Positions 38,806-49,122 of a stretch of 64,000 nucleotides of DNA are shown piece by piece. The notes under the pieces were generated by a model, which saw only the letters and a list, made by a program, of their open reading frames with translations, made no database searches and had not been told where the DNA came from. The stretch comes from an uncultured delta proteobacterium (GTDB taxonomy: Bacteria; Desulfobacterota; Desulfobaccia; Desulfobaccales; 0-14-0-80-60-11): NCBI GenBank assembly GCA_963812015.1, contig CAWETI010000003.1:1664001-1728000 (forward strand), given 5' to 3'. A program made the translations under genes and the position numbers. Positions within the stretch are counted from its first letter, which is position 1; each line of letters starts with the position of its first letter.

Positions 38806-41210
38806 TGCTGAAGTGGCTGCCTGCAAGCCGTCTGGCCTGGTGCCTGGCTGCGGCCCTGCTCGCCCTCACCGGACTGGCCTGGCATTTTGAGGCCGCCACC
38901 CGCCTGGCCCCTGAGGCCCTAAAACCCCGGCCCGGCCCCCTGGTATTGGACCGCACGGGCCGGATACTGCGGCTGACGCCCGAGGCCCAGGGACGCAAGC
39001 TCGTCACCCTCCCCGACCAGGTCGTCCCCCCCATCGTGGCAGCGGCCTTCGTAGCCGCGGAGGACCAGAGGTTCTGGCGCCATCCGGGCATCGACCCCCT
39101 GGCCATTCTCCGGGCGGCCGCCGCCAACCTGACCCATGGCCGCATCGTGTCCGGGGCCTCCACCATCACCCAGCAGTTGGCCCGCCTCACTTACCCAGGA
39201 CCCCGCAGCTATTATCGCAAACTGGTGGAGATGGGGCGCAGTCTCAGGCTGGAGATGGCCTTGAGCAAGGACGAGATCCTGCGAAGCTACCTGGACCGGG
39301 TCCCCCTGGGCAACAACCTCATGGGGGTGGAGGCCGGGGCCGGGGCCTATTTCGGCAAAACCGCCTCCCAGTTGAGCCCGGGGGAAGCCGCCCTCCTGGC
39401 CGCCCTGGTCAAGGCCCCCGGGGCCCTGAACCCTTATGGCCCCCACCAAGCCCGCCTGTTGGCCCGGCAGCGCTGGGTTTTGGGTCGCATGGTCCGGCTG
39501 GGGTATCTCAGCCCCCAGGAATTTCAGGCCTGCCAGGCAGAGCCCGTGAAGTTCCGGGGCGACGGCCGCCACCCCCCGGGGTTCCCGTTTGAGGCCCCGC
39601 ATTTTGTCAATCTGGTCCTGGCCCGGGAGCCCGCGGCGCACCCGACTTCCCAGCGGATCAGGACGACGTTGGATCTGACCCTCCAGCGCCGGGCCCAGGC
39701 CATTGTTTATTCCCACCGGGCCCGGCTCGCCAAAGCCGGCGCTTCCCAGGCCGCGGCGGTGATTGTCGCCAACGCCTCCCGGGAGGTCCTGGCCCTGGTG
39801 GGTTCCTGCGCCTATAGTCCCCGGGACCAGGGATTTAATAACGGCGCCGCCGCCTGGCGTTCCCCCGGCTCCACCCTTAAGCCGTTCCTCTATGCCCTGG
39901 CCCTGGACCAGGGATTCACCCCCGCCTCGGTGCTGGAAGACGTGGAGCGGCGCTACTCCACCCCCCGGGGCGAGTTTGTCCCGGCCAATTTTGATCGCGT
40001 CAGCCACGGTCCCGTTTCTTTCCGCGAGGCCCTGGGCAATTCCTTGAACCTCTCGGCCGTGCACCTGCTCAACTTGATCGGGCCGGCAACCTATTACGAC
40101 ACCCTGGCCAGCCTGCACCTCATCAACCGCCCGGAATTCACCCCGGACCACTACGGCCTGGGTCTGGTGGTGGGCAACCCCGAAGTCAGCCTCCTCCAAC
40201 TGGCCGGGGCCTATGCCAGCCTGGCCAACGGCGGCAGGTTCGCCCCCCTGCGCCTGACTTTGGCGGACCCTCTCGCGGATGAGACGCCGCTCTTTTCGCC
40301 CCAGGCGGCTTTTATCATCAGCGACATCTTGAGCGACCCCATGGCCCGGGCCCGCATCTTCGGCGGCGCCGCGGCCATGAACCCGCCTTACCGGATGGCC
40401 ATCAAAACCGGGACCAGCACCAAGGCCCGGGATTTATGGACCGTAGCCTATACCCCGGAGTATACCCTGGCGGTGTGGGTGGGCAATTTCAACGGCCGCC
40501 CCACCGGCGATCTCAGCGGCGCCGGTAGCGCCGCGCCCATCGTGGCGGACCTGGCTGCGATCCTGTTTGCCTCGCATCCACCCCAGCCGTTTCTCCGGCC
40601 CGAGGGGGTCGTCAGCGCCGAGGTGTGCGCCTTCTCCGGGATGAAACCCGGGCCGGGCTGCGTCCACCGACGCCAGGAGCTGTTCCTGGCCGGCACCGAA
40701 CCCCGAAGGTTCTGTTCCTATCACCATCCCCGGGAACCCTGGCACCGCATGCCCACCAATTTTGCGGGCTGGCTGCATCAGCGCTACGAGAAAGGCGAGG
40801 CCGGGCGCTTTCGCCTGGCCGACTTCGACCAGGACTTGGGGAAAACCTTCCAGGGCCCGGTGGCCGCCGCCCCTGACGCCGGGGCCGTTTCCGGCCGCCA
40901 GGGAACCTTCTCGGGCCTTGGGGTTCAACCGCCGACCCCGGACCGCGGCCTAGCGCTTCGGGTCAGCATCAGCTACCCCCTCTCCGGGGACCGGTACCAG
41001 TTGCCGCCTCGGGCCGAAGCCATCCGGTTGACCGGGAAAGCCCTGTGCCGGGACCCGGTCAAAACCATCACCTGGTTTGTAGATGGCCGGGAAGTCGCCG
41101 CCACCGGCCCCCCCTACGAGTTGCCCCTGGAACTGCCACGGGGCCGCCACCGTCTCACTGTGGTCGGTCCCGGCGGTCAGGGCGACGTCGTAGAGGTGAC
41201 CGTCCAATGA
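38805..41210 (+). CDS. pbpC: Penicillin-binding protein 1C
   Basis: EDQRF, SGASTITQQLAR, GSTLKPF, SLN, KTGTS; coupled to the A2M stop (TGATG). Confidence 0.93.
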   Translation: MLKWLPASRLAWCLAAALLALTGLAWHFEAATRLAPEALKPRPGPLVLDRTGRILRLTPEAQGRKLVTLPDQVVPPIVAAAFVAAEDQRFWRHPGIDPLAILRAAAANLTHGRIVSGASTITQQLARLTYPGPRSYYRKLVEMGRSLRLEMALSKDEILRSYLDRVPLGNNLMGVEAGAGAYFGKTASQLSPGEAALLAALVKAPGALNPYGPHQARLLARQRWVLGRMVRLGYLSPQEFQACQAEPVKFRGDGRHPPGFPFEAPHFVNLVLAREPAAHPTSQRIRTTLDLTLQRRAQAIVYSHRARLAKAGASQAAAVIVANASREVLALVGSCAYSPRDQGFNNGAAAWRSPGSTLKPFLYALALDQGFTPASVLEDVERRYSTPRGEFVPANFDRVSHGPVSFREALGNSLNLSAVHLLNLIGPATYYDTLASLHLINRPEFTPDHYGLGLVVGNPEVSLLQLAGAYASLANGGRFAPLRLTLADPLADETPLFSPQAAFIISDILSDPMARARIFGGAAAMNPPYRMAIKTGTSTKARDLWTVAYTPEYTLAVWVGNFNGRPTGDLSGAGSAAPIVADLAAILFASHPPQPFLRPEGVVSAEVCAFSGMKPGPGCVHRRQELFLAGTEPRRFCSYHHPREPWHRMPTNFAGWLHQRYEKGEAGRFRLADFDQDLGKTFQGPVAAAPDAGAVSGRQGTFSGLGVQPPTPDRGLALRVSISYPLSGDRYQLPPRAEAIRLTGKALCRDPVKTITWFVDGREVAATGPPYELPLELPRGRHRLTVVGPGGQGDVVEVTVQ

Positions 41211-41323
41211 CGGCCTGCCGTCCGGGGAGACTGAATCTTTTAGAGGTTTTTATCTAACGAATGAGTTTTGGTCGGGGCGGACCCATGGGTCCGCCCTGTG
41301 GGTGGGCGCATTCCGGTCAAACC

Positions 41324-41863
41324 TTACTTTGGCACCGGGTTTTCTATCGGCTCAATGGTAAGAGGTTTCTTGAGCGTGGCGTGGAGGGATTTTTCGGCAG
41401 CCTGGGCCTCGCCCCGGGAGGCAAACGGCCCCAGCCAAACCTGATAGCGGTTGATATTCCTGGGGTCTCGCTGAATAAAGACGGGTTGTCCCTGCTTTTT
41501 TAACCTGGCCAGCATGTTGGCGGCATCCGGGTATTTTGGATAACTGCCCACCAACATACCATAGTGTTCTTTCTCCTCCGGTGGCGGAGGAATCGTCACC
41601 TTCGGGGCCGGGAGATTCGACTCCTCCAGGGGGGCAATGCCTGTGGGGGGGACCGTCTGGTCGCCGGGGAGCGCCGCCGCCGGCCCTTTGGACTCCGGGG
41701 TGGCAGGGGCTGGTTTCACTGCCGGAGCCGTCCCCCCGGTCGGCCCGGTGACGGGGCTCCGGCCGGTTGGCCACGGATTTCCCTTCAAGAAAACATACAG
41801 GACCACCAGGATGATGGCCAGTATAACCCCAACTGCCAATCCACGTCCTAAACTCTTGTTCAT
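41324..41863 (-). CDS. SPOR-domain membrane protein
   Basis: N-terminal TM, Pro-rich linker, YQVWLGPFASRGEA. Confidence 0.85.
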   Translation of the reverse strand: MNKSLGRGLAVGVILAIILVVLYVFLKGNPWPTGRSPVTGPTGGTAPAVKPAPATPESKGPAAALPGDQTVPPTGIAPLEESNLPAPKVTIPPPPEEKEHYGMLVGSYPKYPDAANMLARLKKQGQPVFIQRDPRNINRYQVWLGPFASRGEAQAAEKSLHATLKKPLTIEPIENPVPK

Positions 41864-41978
41864 GGTCCTTTGCCCCGATCCGCCAGCCCGCCCTGGGGTT
41901 TAAGAAGCTCTTGCCGTTAATGTATCATAGGGGTGCCGCCGCCGCTACTCCCGGCCTTACCAACCCGCTCCTCAGCGG

Positions 41979-42917
41979 TCAAGGCTGCGCCAGGAGTCGG
42001 CACACCTTCTCGATGTCGTCGGCTTGAGCCTCGACAATGCGATTCGCCTCGATTTTCAAGGCTGCCAGGTTGGCCGGCGACGCATCGTCCATGTCGTCGT
42101 TGGCCGTGTCCAGAGTGGTTTGGAACCGGATAAAATTATCTCCCAAAACTTGCTGCAACTGGTAATCCACCGCACTGCTGACGCCATCAAACACCACATT
42201 GAGGATGGGCAGGGCCCACTGCACTTTGCCCCAGTCCCTGGCCTCCTCATAGTGGATGGGGCGAATCAACTGGCCGGTCCCCAGCGATACGACCAGAAAA
42301 TCCCGTTCATCCGGAAAGAGACGCCGGGCCTCCGCATACGCCGACATGGCCGGATTGTTGACGAAGACCCCGCCGTCAATTAACCCCAGCTTCTTATCTC
42401 CAAGCAGCATCAAAGCAGGCTGAAAGTAAGTGGGCGCCGCCGACGTGGCCCGGGCCGCCTGGCGCATCATCGCGGACTTGGTTTCATCCCACCAACTCTT
42501 AAAAAAGAAGGGGCGGCGGGTCTCGATCTCGTAGCTGCTGACCAGCACCCTCGTAATGGCCTGCTCCAGCAGTGCGTCCCCCAAATACTCCTTCAGAATC
42601 GCTTCCAGCGGTTCTACGGGATATTTTTCTTCGGTAAGACCGGCGGCCGAACTTACCCCCTGCCACAAGGAGCGTGGGAAGATATCCGTGCCCCTTTGCA
42701 CATAAAGGTCCACCAGGTCGGTGGCCCGGTACTTCGGCGCCCCGCTGCCGCCATCCAGGTTAAGCATCAGGCTGATAATGCCGCCGGTGGAGGTGCCGGC
42801 CATGAGGTCGAACATGGACGCCACCGACCGCTTGGTCCGGTCCTCAATCGCCCTGAGAATCATGGCCGGTATAATCCCCCGGATGCCGCCGCCATCAATG
42901 GAGAGAATTTTTTTCAT
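41979..42917 (-). CDS. Patatin-like phospholipase
   Basis: DGGGIRG, GTSTG, SAAPTYF, DGGV. Confidence 0.93.
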   Translation of the reverse strand: MKKILSIDGGGIRGIIPAMILRAIEDRTKRSVASMFDLMAGTSTGGIISLMLNLDGGSGAPKYRATDLVDLYVQRGTDIFPRSLWQGVSSAAGLTEEKYPVEPLEAILKEYLGDALLEQAITRVLVSSYEIETRRPFFFKSWWDETKSAMMRQAARATSAAPTYFQPALMLLGDKKLGLIDGGVFVNNPAMSAYAEARRLFPDERDFLVVSLGTGQLIRPIHYEEARDWGKVQWALPILNVVFDGVSSAVDYQLQQVLGDNFIRFQTTLDTANDDMDDASPANLAALKIEANRIVEAQADDIEKVCRLLAQP

Positions 42918-42993
42918 TGCTGCGGGTCTCCCGTGGTTGGATAAGAGGGTTGATGCTCAAGGCGTCTTGAGAATTTCACCAGCCGGAGTGCAT

Positions 42994-43127
42994 TGAACCT
43001 ATTTCAAAAACTTTTTTTTGCGCCAGTTTGTCATTCTGAGCGAAGCGAAGAATCTATTCTTTCCAATAACCTGGACCCTGCGCGGGCGCTTCGGGTGGCA
43101 CAATAAACCGGTTTTGAAAGAGCTTCT
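42994..43127. repeat. MITE-like element with GTCATTCTGAGCG core
   Basis: gaacctatttcaaaa ... ttttgaaagagcttc; homolog of 29028-29162. Confidence 0.75.
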
Positions 43128-43260
43128 TGGGTATCTATTTAAGGATGACAGGACCAGCCGTCAAGCCAGGCCGTCCGAGTGGGCAGATTTTGTCTGACTG
43201 AAAGGCGGCGGAGTCCAGGAACCAAGGCCCCGCCACCTCGACTAAGGTCAGTCAACCGGG

Positions 43261-43584
43261 CTAGCGCCGGGGCACGACTATCGGCGGCGGCGTCATATAA
43301 ATTTCTGGTGGAATCATGTAGCGTCGGTTGATGAGCTCATCATAAGTCAGATACCCTTTATTGCCGGTGTCGCACTTCTGGAAAACTTCCAAGGCCTGGT
43401 TTTTATCGGTGGCCCGGGCCATGAACGCCTCTTTGGTGATCTTGCCGTCATGGTTCGTGTCCAGGACCGCACACAGTTCCTGGTTATCCATCTGCGCCTT
43501 TTGCTCCTGGGTCGAAGCGCAACCGCTCATGACGAGAACGGCCAACCCCAACGCCAGTGCGACCCCACCTCCAATCATTTTCAT
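43261..43584 (-). CDS. EF-hand lipoprotein
   Basis: RBS GAGGAGG; lipobox-like MSGC; loops DTNHDGKITKEAF and DTGNKGYLTYDEL. Confidence 0.8.
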   Translation of the reverse strand: MKMIGGGVALALGLAVLVMSGCASTQEQKAQMDNQELCAVLDTNHDGKITKEAFMARATDKNQALEVFQKCDTGNKGYLTYDELINRRYMIPPEIYMTPPPIVVPRR

Positions 43585-44007
43585 CTGCGGCCTCCTCAAT
43601 CTCCTTCGGGAAGCCAGGGCTCCTGACAGAAACCTGAGCCCTGGCCGCCCCCCATATCTCAGCCGGTTGCTTGACACGCCGCCCCCGGCGCACCGATCCA
43701 AAATTGGGCCGGAGAGAGTCTTTCTGCCTGGATAATCGTTCAAGCAGCTTGATTATCTGAAGTATCCGGGCTTCTCATCCGCACGATAGCACAGAAATAC
43801 TGCCCCAAAAACTATTTTATGCTCTCCTCAAGGACTAGTCATTGCAGGCCCGGATCAGCCCGAGTTCCCGACTCAGACCCTGGCGCGGCTTGCGGCCCGG
43901 CAAGGAGAGCCCGATCCTGTGCGCTTGACAGGCAGGCGCCGGTGGGTAACAATGAGCTGACCGATGCAAATAAAAATCTTGTCGTGATAATCGGATAAGA
44001 GGTCAAG

Positions 44008-44982
44008 ATGATGGAACTGTTATTTCGCCCCCGGCGCTTGCGGCGGCGGGAGCCCCTGCGCCGCATGCTCCGGGAGACGCATCTGCGCCCCGAAGACTTC
44101 ATTTACCCCATGTTCGCCGCCCCGGGGAGCCGGGTGCGTCAGGAAGTGCCTTCCATGCCCGGCGTCTGCCGCCTGTCCCCGGACCTGCTGGTGGAGGAGG
44201 CTAAGGCCGCCCTGGACGTCGGGGTGCCGGCGGTCCTTCTCTTCGGGCTGCCCACCCGCAAGGACGACACCGGCTCCGAGGCCGCTTCCCCCAAGGGCGC
44301 GGTGCAGCAGGCGGTGCGCCAGCTCAAGAAAAAGGTCCCCGAACTGGTGGTAATCACCGACGTCTGCCTGTGCGGCTATACCTCCCACGGCCACTGCGGC
44401 CTGCTTGCCGGCCAGGAGGTGGACAATGACACCACCCTGGAGATTTTAGGGCAGGTGGCGGTATCCCACGCCGAGGCCGGGGCCGACATGGTGGCGCCCT
44501 CGGACATGATGGACGGCAGGGTAGGGGCCATCCGGGAGTCGCTGGATGAGCGTGGCTTTGAGATGGTGCCCATCATGTCCTATGCGGTGAAATACGCCTC
44601 CAGCTTCTACGGCCCCTTTCGGGATGCGGCGGAGTCCGCCCCGGCCTTCGGCGACCGCCGTTCCTACCAAATGGACCCGGCCAACGCCCGGGAGGCCTTG
44701 CGCGAAGCCGCCCTGGACGTGGAGGAGGGGGCCGACCTCCTCATGGTCAAGCCCGCCCTGCCATACCTGGACATCATTGCCCAGCTGGCCGCGGAGTTCG
44801 ATTTGCCCCTGGCCGCTTACCAGGTGAGCGGCGAGTACGCCATGATCAAGGCCGCGGCCGCCAACGGCTGGCTGGATGAAACCGCGGTGATGCTGGAGTC
44901 GCTCCTGTCCATCAAGCGGGCCGGGGCGGATTTGATTTTGACCTACTTTGCCAAACAGGCCGCGGCTTTGCTGGGGAAATAG
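44008..44982 (+). CDS. hemB: Porphobilinogen synthase
   Basis: [41 protein letters not shown]. Confidence 0.97.
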   Translation: MMELLFRPRRLRRREPLRRMLRETHLRPEDFIYPMFAAPGSRVRQEVPSMPGVCRLSPDLLVEEAKAALDVGVPAVLLFGLPTRKDDTGSEAASPKGAVQQAVRQLKKKVPELVVITDVCLCGYTSHGHCGLLAGQEVDNDTTLEILGQVAVSHAEAGADMVAPSDMMDGRVGAIRESLDERGFEMVPIMSYAVKYASSFYGPFRDAAESAPAFGDRRSYQMDPANAREALREAALDVEEGADLLMVKPALPYLDIIAQLAAEFDLPLAAYQVSGEYAMIKAAAANGWLDETAVMLESLLSIKRAGADLILTYFAKQAAALLGK

Positions 44983-45079
44983 AGTAAGGCGATTATCCCC
45001 TTGACAATGTAGTTTCTCTAGGAAATTCTACCCTCACGGAGAAAATTAGACAGCTAGTTTTCCCAGTGCGTGGGCAAGT

Positions 45080-46141
45080 ATGGGAATTTTTAGACACCTC
45101 AAGGATAGATTGGTCACATGGAAAAGCATTCTATGGCGACCCATTCCGGCAATTTGGGTTGTTCTTTTTACGATCGTGGAGTTTTCTCACATCGTTCGTG
45201 AGGAATTGTCTCCCGAGGTACGGGAAAAATGGAGGATCGTTAATATGATCCCCTCCTGGCCTTGGTGGATATGGGTCATTATTTGTTTATCTGGCCTTGG
45301 TTTAATTACATTAGAGGGCGCGTATCGTTTGATTTGCCAGAAAGAAGAAGAGTTTAAAAACCAAATAGATATCATGAAATCTGAATTAGACCTGTTGCGC
45401 CAAGAACATAATAAAGAAGATTTTATATCATTGAAAGAAGCATGTGAGAATCTTAAGGAAGAGTTAGATAGAATATATGGATACTCCCTTGGTAGAACAC
45501 TCGAGTCATTGCGTCCTCATGAGCAATTGGTCTACCTTTCCAAATATTTTGTAGAAGTAGATGATATTTATGGAAAACGCTCATCTTCATCTTTTACTGA
45601 TTGGGAGAAGATTAGCAAAGATAAGTTGACCTTGGGCGAAATCAAAGTTGAAGGCGAATTGGTATTATATGGCGCAGGAAATTATGTCGGGAAAGAGCCA
45701 GATTATATTGATCTTGCTTTTAAAAAGAAGAACCTATCAGAAAATATTGAAAAAATAAGACGCTCTATATTTATTCCATTAAAAGAAGCAGTTCAACAAC
45801 TTTACATAGAATGTGAAAGGAGACCATTATGTAATAGCTTTCTTAAAGAACACATTATGAGTGAATTTACATCTCCCAATGATGTTTGGGATTATCTTGC
45901 AGAACTTTATTTTCAATGTACAAGTATTCCCATTTATGGGAAGGACACTTACTCTAATGAATTAAGGGAAATTGACAAAAGCTGTATTGGTAATATGTAT
46001 TTTGAGGACGAAGTGTCTTCCCTATATATTCTTATTGGCAAGAAACAGCAATATACCGAACTTTCTATTAGAAGGGATGAAGTCGAGAGAGCGATAAAGG
46101 AAATAATTGTGGCTGCCGAAGGAATATATCAGAGCAAATAG
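45080..46141 (+). CDS. AT-rich hypothetical membrane protein with duplicated C-terminal domain
   Basis: Two N-terminal TM segments, coiled coil, two related ~120-aa units; much lower GC than the flanks. Confidence 0.8.
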   Translation: MGIFRHLKDRLVTWKSILWRPIPAIWVVLFTIVEFSHIVREELSPEVREKWRIVNMIPSWPWWIWVIICLSGLGLITLEGAYRLICQKEEEFKNQIDIMKSELDLLRQEHNKEDFISLKEACENLKEELDRIYGYSLGRTLESLRPHEQLVYLSKYFVEVDDIYGKRSSSSFTDWEKISKDKLTLGEIKVEGELVLYGAGNYVGKEPDYIDLAFKKKNLSENIEKIRRSIFIPLKEAVQQLYIECERRPLCNSFLKEHIMSEFTSPNDVWDYLAELYFQCTSIPIYGKDTYSNELREIDKSCIGNMYFEDEVSSLYILIGKKQQYTELSIRRDEVERAIKEIIVAAEGIYQSK

Positions 46142-46323
46142 AATAGTTCAGTTCACATTGTCAAGCCTATAATCGCTATAGCAATTATAGGAAATATAGG
46201 AAAGGTTTTTGAGGAGCGGAACAAGGCATGAACTTGATCTAATACTTCAGAAAGTTTGTAAGATATATTACATAACTTATTGTAATATAAGAGTATAATG
46301 CTGAGTAACCATAATCACACTTT

Positions 46324-47394
46324 ATGAACCATTCCGACCATAAATCTGCCTCACCGCCTCCCCTCCGCCTCCTGGCCTGGGAGACCACCCGGCGCTGCAA
46401 CCTGGCCTGTCTCCATTGCCGGGCCGCGGCGGGGTCCGGGCCTTATCCCGATGAGCTGACCACCGCCGAGGGCATGAAGCTCCTGGATGACCTCGCCACC
46501 ATGGGCCAGGTGGTGGTGATCCTCACCGGCGGCGAACCCCTCCTGAGGTCCGACATCTTTGACCTGGCGGCCCACGGCGCCGGCCTCGGCCACCGCATGG
46601 TCATGGCGGTGAACGGCACCCTGCTGACCCCGGCCATAGCCAGCCGCCTCAAAGACGTGGGCATCCAGCGGCTGTCCATCTCCATCGACGGCGCCACCGC
46701 GGCCTCCCACGACCGTCTCCGCGCCGTGGAGGGGGCCTACGACGGCGCCCTCGCCGGCATTGCCGCCTGCCGGGAGAGCGGGCTGCCCTTCCAGATCAAC
46801 ACCACCGTCACCCGGGCCAACCGGACCGAACTTCCGGCCATCCACGAGCTGGCCCTGAAACTTGACGCCGCCGCTCACCATGTCTTTATCTTGGTGCCCA
46901 CCGGGCGGGGGGAGCTCATCCGGGAGGAGCTGGTGTCCCCGGAGGAATACGAGGCGACCTTGCAGTGGTTACTGGCGCGCCAGCGGGACGGCAAGCTTTT
47001 CATCAAGCCCACCTGCGCCCCCCAATTCTACCGGCTGTGGCGCCAGGACGCCGCGGCCCGGGGCGAACCAATCACCCCGGCCACCCACGGCATGGAGGCC
47101 ATGACCAAGGGCTGCCTGGGCGGCCAGGGCTTCGCCTTTGTGTCCTACCGGGGGGAGGTGCAGCCCTGCGGCTACCTGGAATTGATGGCGGGCAACATCC
47201 GCCAGACCCCGTTCCCGGAAATCTGGGCCCATGCAGAACTGTTTCAGCGCCTGCGCCGGGTGGATGACTACCACGGCAAATGCCGCGCCTGCCAGTACCG
47301 CAAGGTCTGCGGCGGCTGCCGGGCCCGGGCTTATGCCATGACCAACGATGTGCTGGGGGACGACCCCATTTGCCCTTATGAGCCGGCGGGCTAA
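46324..47394 (+). CDS. ahbD: Radical SAM/SPASM heme b synthase
   Basis: WETTRRCNLACLHCRA, KPTCAPQFYR, GCLGG, SPASM cysteines; sits next to hemB and ahbA. Confidence 0.88.
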   Translation: MNHSDHKSASPPPLRLLAWETTRRCNLACLHCRAAAGSGPYPDELTTAEGMKLLDDLATMGQVVVILTGGEPLLRSDIFDLAAHGAGLGHRMVMAVNGTLLTPAIASRLKDVGIQRLSISIDGATAASHDRLRAVEGAYDGALAGIAACRESGLPFQINTTVTRANRTELPAIHELALKLDAAAHHVFILVPTGRGELIREELVSPEEYEATLQWLLARQRDGKLFIKPTCAPQFYRLWRQDAAARGEPITPATHGMEAMTKGCLGGQGFAFVSYRGEVQPCGYLELMAGNIRQTPFPEIWAHAELFQRLRRVDDYHGKCRACQYRKVCGGCRARAYAMTNDVLGDDPICPYEPAG

Positions 47395-47439
47395 TATCTC
47401 CCGCCAAGACGCCAAGGCGTCAAGAGACCAGACTTTCTT

Positions 47440-47910
47440 ATGACAATACCGAAAACCGGCACGTTAGACGCTCTGGACCGGGCCATCTTGAACGAGATCC
47501 AGTCACATTTTCCCATTGAGTCCCGGCCGTATGCCGAAGTGGGGAAGAGGGTAGGGGCCACGGAAGAGGAGGTTTTGGCCCGGGTCGCGGCCATGGCCGA
47601 TGGCGGGGTCATCCGGCGCATCGGGGCCAACTTCACCTCCCGCAAGCTGGGCTATACCAGCACCCTCTGCGCCGCCCGGGTGGAACCGGAGTCGCTGGAA
47701 CGGTTCGTGGCCGTGGTCAACCGCTATCCCGGGGTCACCCACAACTACCTGAGGCGGCACCGTTACAACGTCTGGTTCACCCTCATCGCCGAGTCGGAGG
47801 AGCGTCTGGACCAGATCCTGGCGGAAATCTCCCGGGCCTCGGAAGTGACGGAAATCTTGAGCCTCCCGGCCCAGGAGGTCTTCAAGATCAAAGTGGACTT
47901 TCCTCTATAA
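47440..47910 (+). CDS. ahbA: Siroheme decarboxylase alpha subunit (Lrp/AsnC-like)
   Basis: FPIESRPY, IRRIG, LGYTSTLCAA, VTHNYLR, YNVWFT. Confidence 0.88.
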   Translation: MTIPKTGTLDALDRAILNEIQSHFPIESRPYAEVGKRVGATEEEVLARVAAMADGGVIRRIGANFTSRKLGYTSTLCAARVEPESLERFVAVVNRYPGVTHNYLRRHRYNVWFTLIAESEERLDQILAEISRASEVTEILSLPAQEVFKIKVDFPL

Positions 47911-48367
47911 CGGCCTGGCTTTCCCAGGGCACGCATAGCACCGGGCAGGGCAGCAGGCGCACCACCTTCTCGGCGGTTGAGCCGAAAAAGACTTCCTCAA
48001 TGGGCCCCCGGCCACTTCGGCCATAGCCTCCCATGACAATCAAATCCGCCGCCAGATCCCGGGCCATGACCGCGATCTCCTGGAAGGGAATGCCCACGGT
48101 CACCATGCTGGTGACTTCCAGGTCGTCGCGGCCGTACTGCTGGAGAAATTCATCCAGGTGCTTTTGGGCCTCCTCTCTGAACTCCGGCAGGAGGAGATCC
48201 GGCGCCACCTTCAGGTGCTCCGCCATCCGGGTCACCAGGGTCTTTTGGATGACGTGCAGGAGGATAAGCTTGGCCCCGAAACGCTGGGCCAGGTTTTTGG
48301 CCACCACGAAGGCGGCGCCGGCGCATTCGGAAAAGTCGGTGGCTACCAGAATGGCTTTGAAATCCAT
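47888..48367 (-). CDS. Universal stress protein
   Basis: ILVATDFS, ADLIVMGG, FGSTAEKVVRLLPCPVL. Confidence 0.92.
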   Translation of the reverse strand: MDFKAILVATDFSECAGAAFVVAKNLAQRFGAKLILLHVIQKTLVTRMAEHLKVAPDLLLPEFREEAQKHLDEFLQQYGRDDLEVTSMVTVGIPFQEIAVMARDLAADLIVMGGYGRSGRGPIEEVFFGSTAEKVVRLLPCPVLCVPWESQAVIEESPL

Positions 48368-48440
48368 GGGGGCGCTCCTTCCTGAAGGTGGCCTTAACCC
48401 TGACAAAACGGGCCAGGCGATTGGCTATGAGCCCAGGGAG

Positions 48441-48989
48441 TTATTTCACTATCGACTTGAGCTTCTTAAACAGCGCCTCGGCATTATCAAAGGTCCCTTC
48501 TTCCGTCAGCAGCACCTGGCCGCTCTTATCCACCAGCACGGTAGTGGGGGTGCCGCTGATATTGAGGATCGTGCCGAGTTTCCAGTCGGGGTCGGGCACC
48601 AGGGCGTAGGGAATTTTATTGGCAGCCTTGAACTGCTTTAAGGCCGAGGCCTGATTGCTCTCTCCCACCGCGATAATTTTCACCTTGTCCTTAAGGCTTG
48701 AATTCGCCACCAACTCGTATAGCCGGTTCAAGGCGGGAACCTGTTCCACGCAGTGGGGGCAGGTGGTGCGCATGATTTCGATCAGGACATACGGAGCCTT
48801 GATATCCTGGAAGGCAAAGGCTCCCGACTTTTCCAGGCCCAGGTACTTCTGGTCCGCCTCTTCGATGGTACCGGAAAACTTGAGATGGGCAAGGCTCGCT
48901 CGCGGCGGGGCCGCCATCGACCAGGAAGCCCAAGCCAGCCAAATCGTCAGACAGCCTGCCAGGGCCAGGAGCGCAGGTTTTCGATGCAT
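48441..48989 (-). CDS. TlpA/redoxin-family exported thioredoxin-like protein
   Basis: Signal peptide; CPHC; GTPTTVLVD. Confidence 0.88.
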   Translation of the reverse strand: MHRKPALLALAGCLTIWLAWASWSMAAPPRASLAHLKFSGTIEEADQKYLGLEKSGAFAFQDIKAPYVLIEIMRTTCPHCVEQVPALNRLYELVANSSLKDKVKIIAVGESNQASALKQFKAANKIPYALVPDPDWKLGTILNISGTPTTVLVDKSGQVLLTEEGTFDNAEALFKKLKSIVK

Positions 48990-49122
48990 GGTGTCCCCTT
49001 GGGAGATATTTTAGCAATTGCGGCAGTTTTGCATAAGATAGTGTCGTTGAGGGGCGGCGTCAATCAGACGGGGCACGGGTCAGACTGCCCGCTTTGGGAA
49101 GCCTGACCCGTTAACAGAGAGG

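Noticed and set aside
33625..41210. Alpha-2-macroglobulin with pbpC as a novel system
   Set aside because: This is a well-described conserved pairing.
41979..42917. Patatin as a CBASS CapV effector
   Set aside because: No CD-NTase or cap genes nearby; stand-alone in core context.
43840..43925. Structured ncRNA (SRP-like) upstream of hemB
   Set aside because: GC-rich with partial self-complementarity but lacks the SRP core motif.
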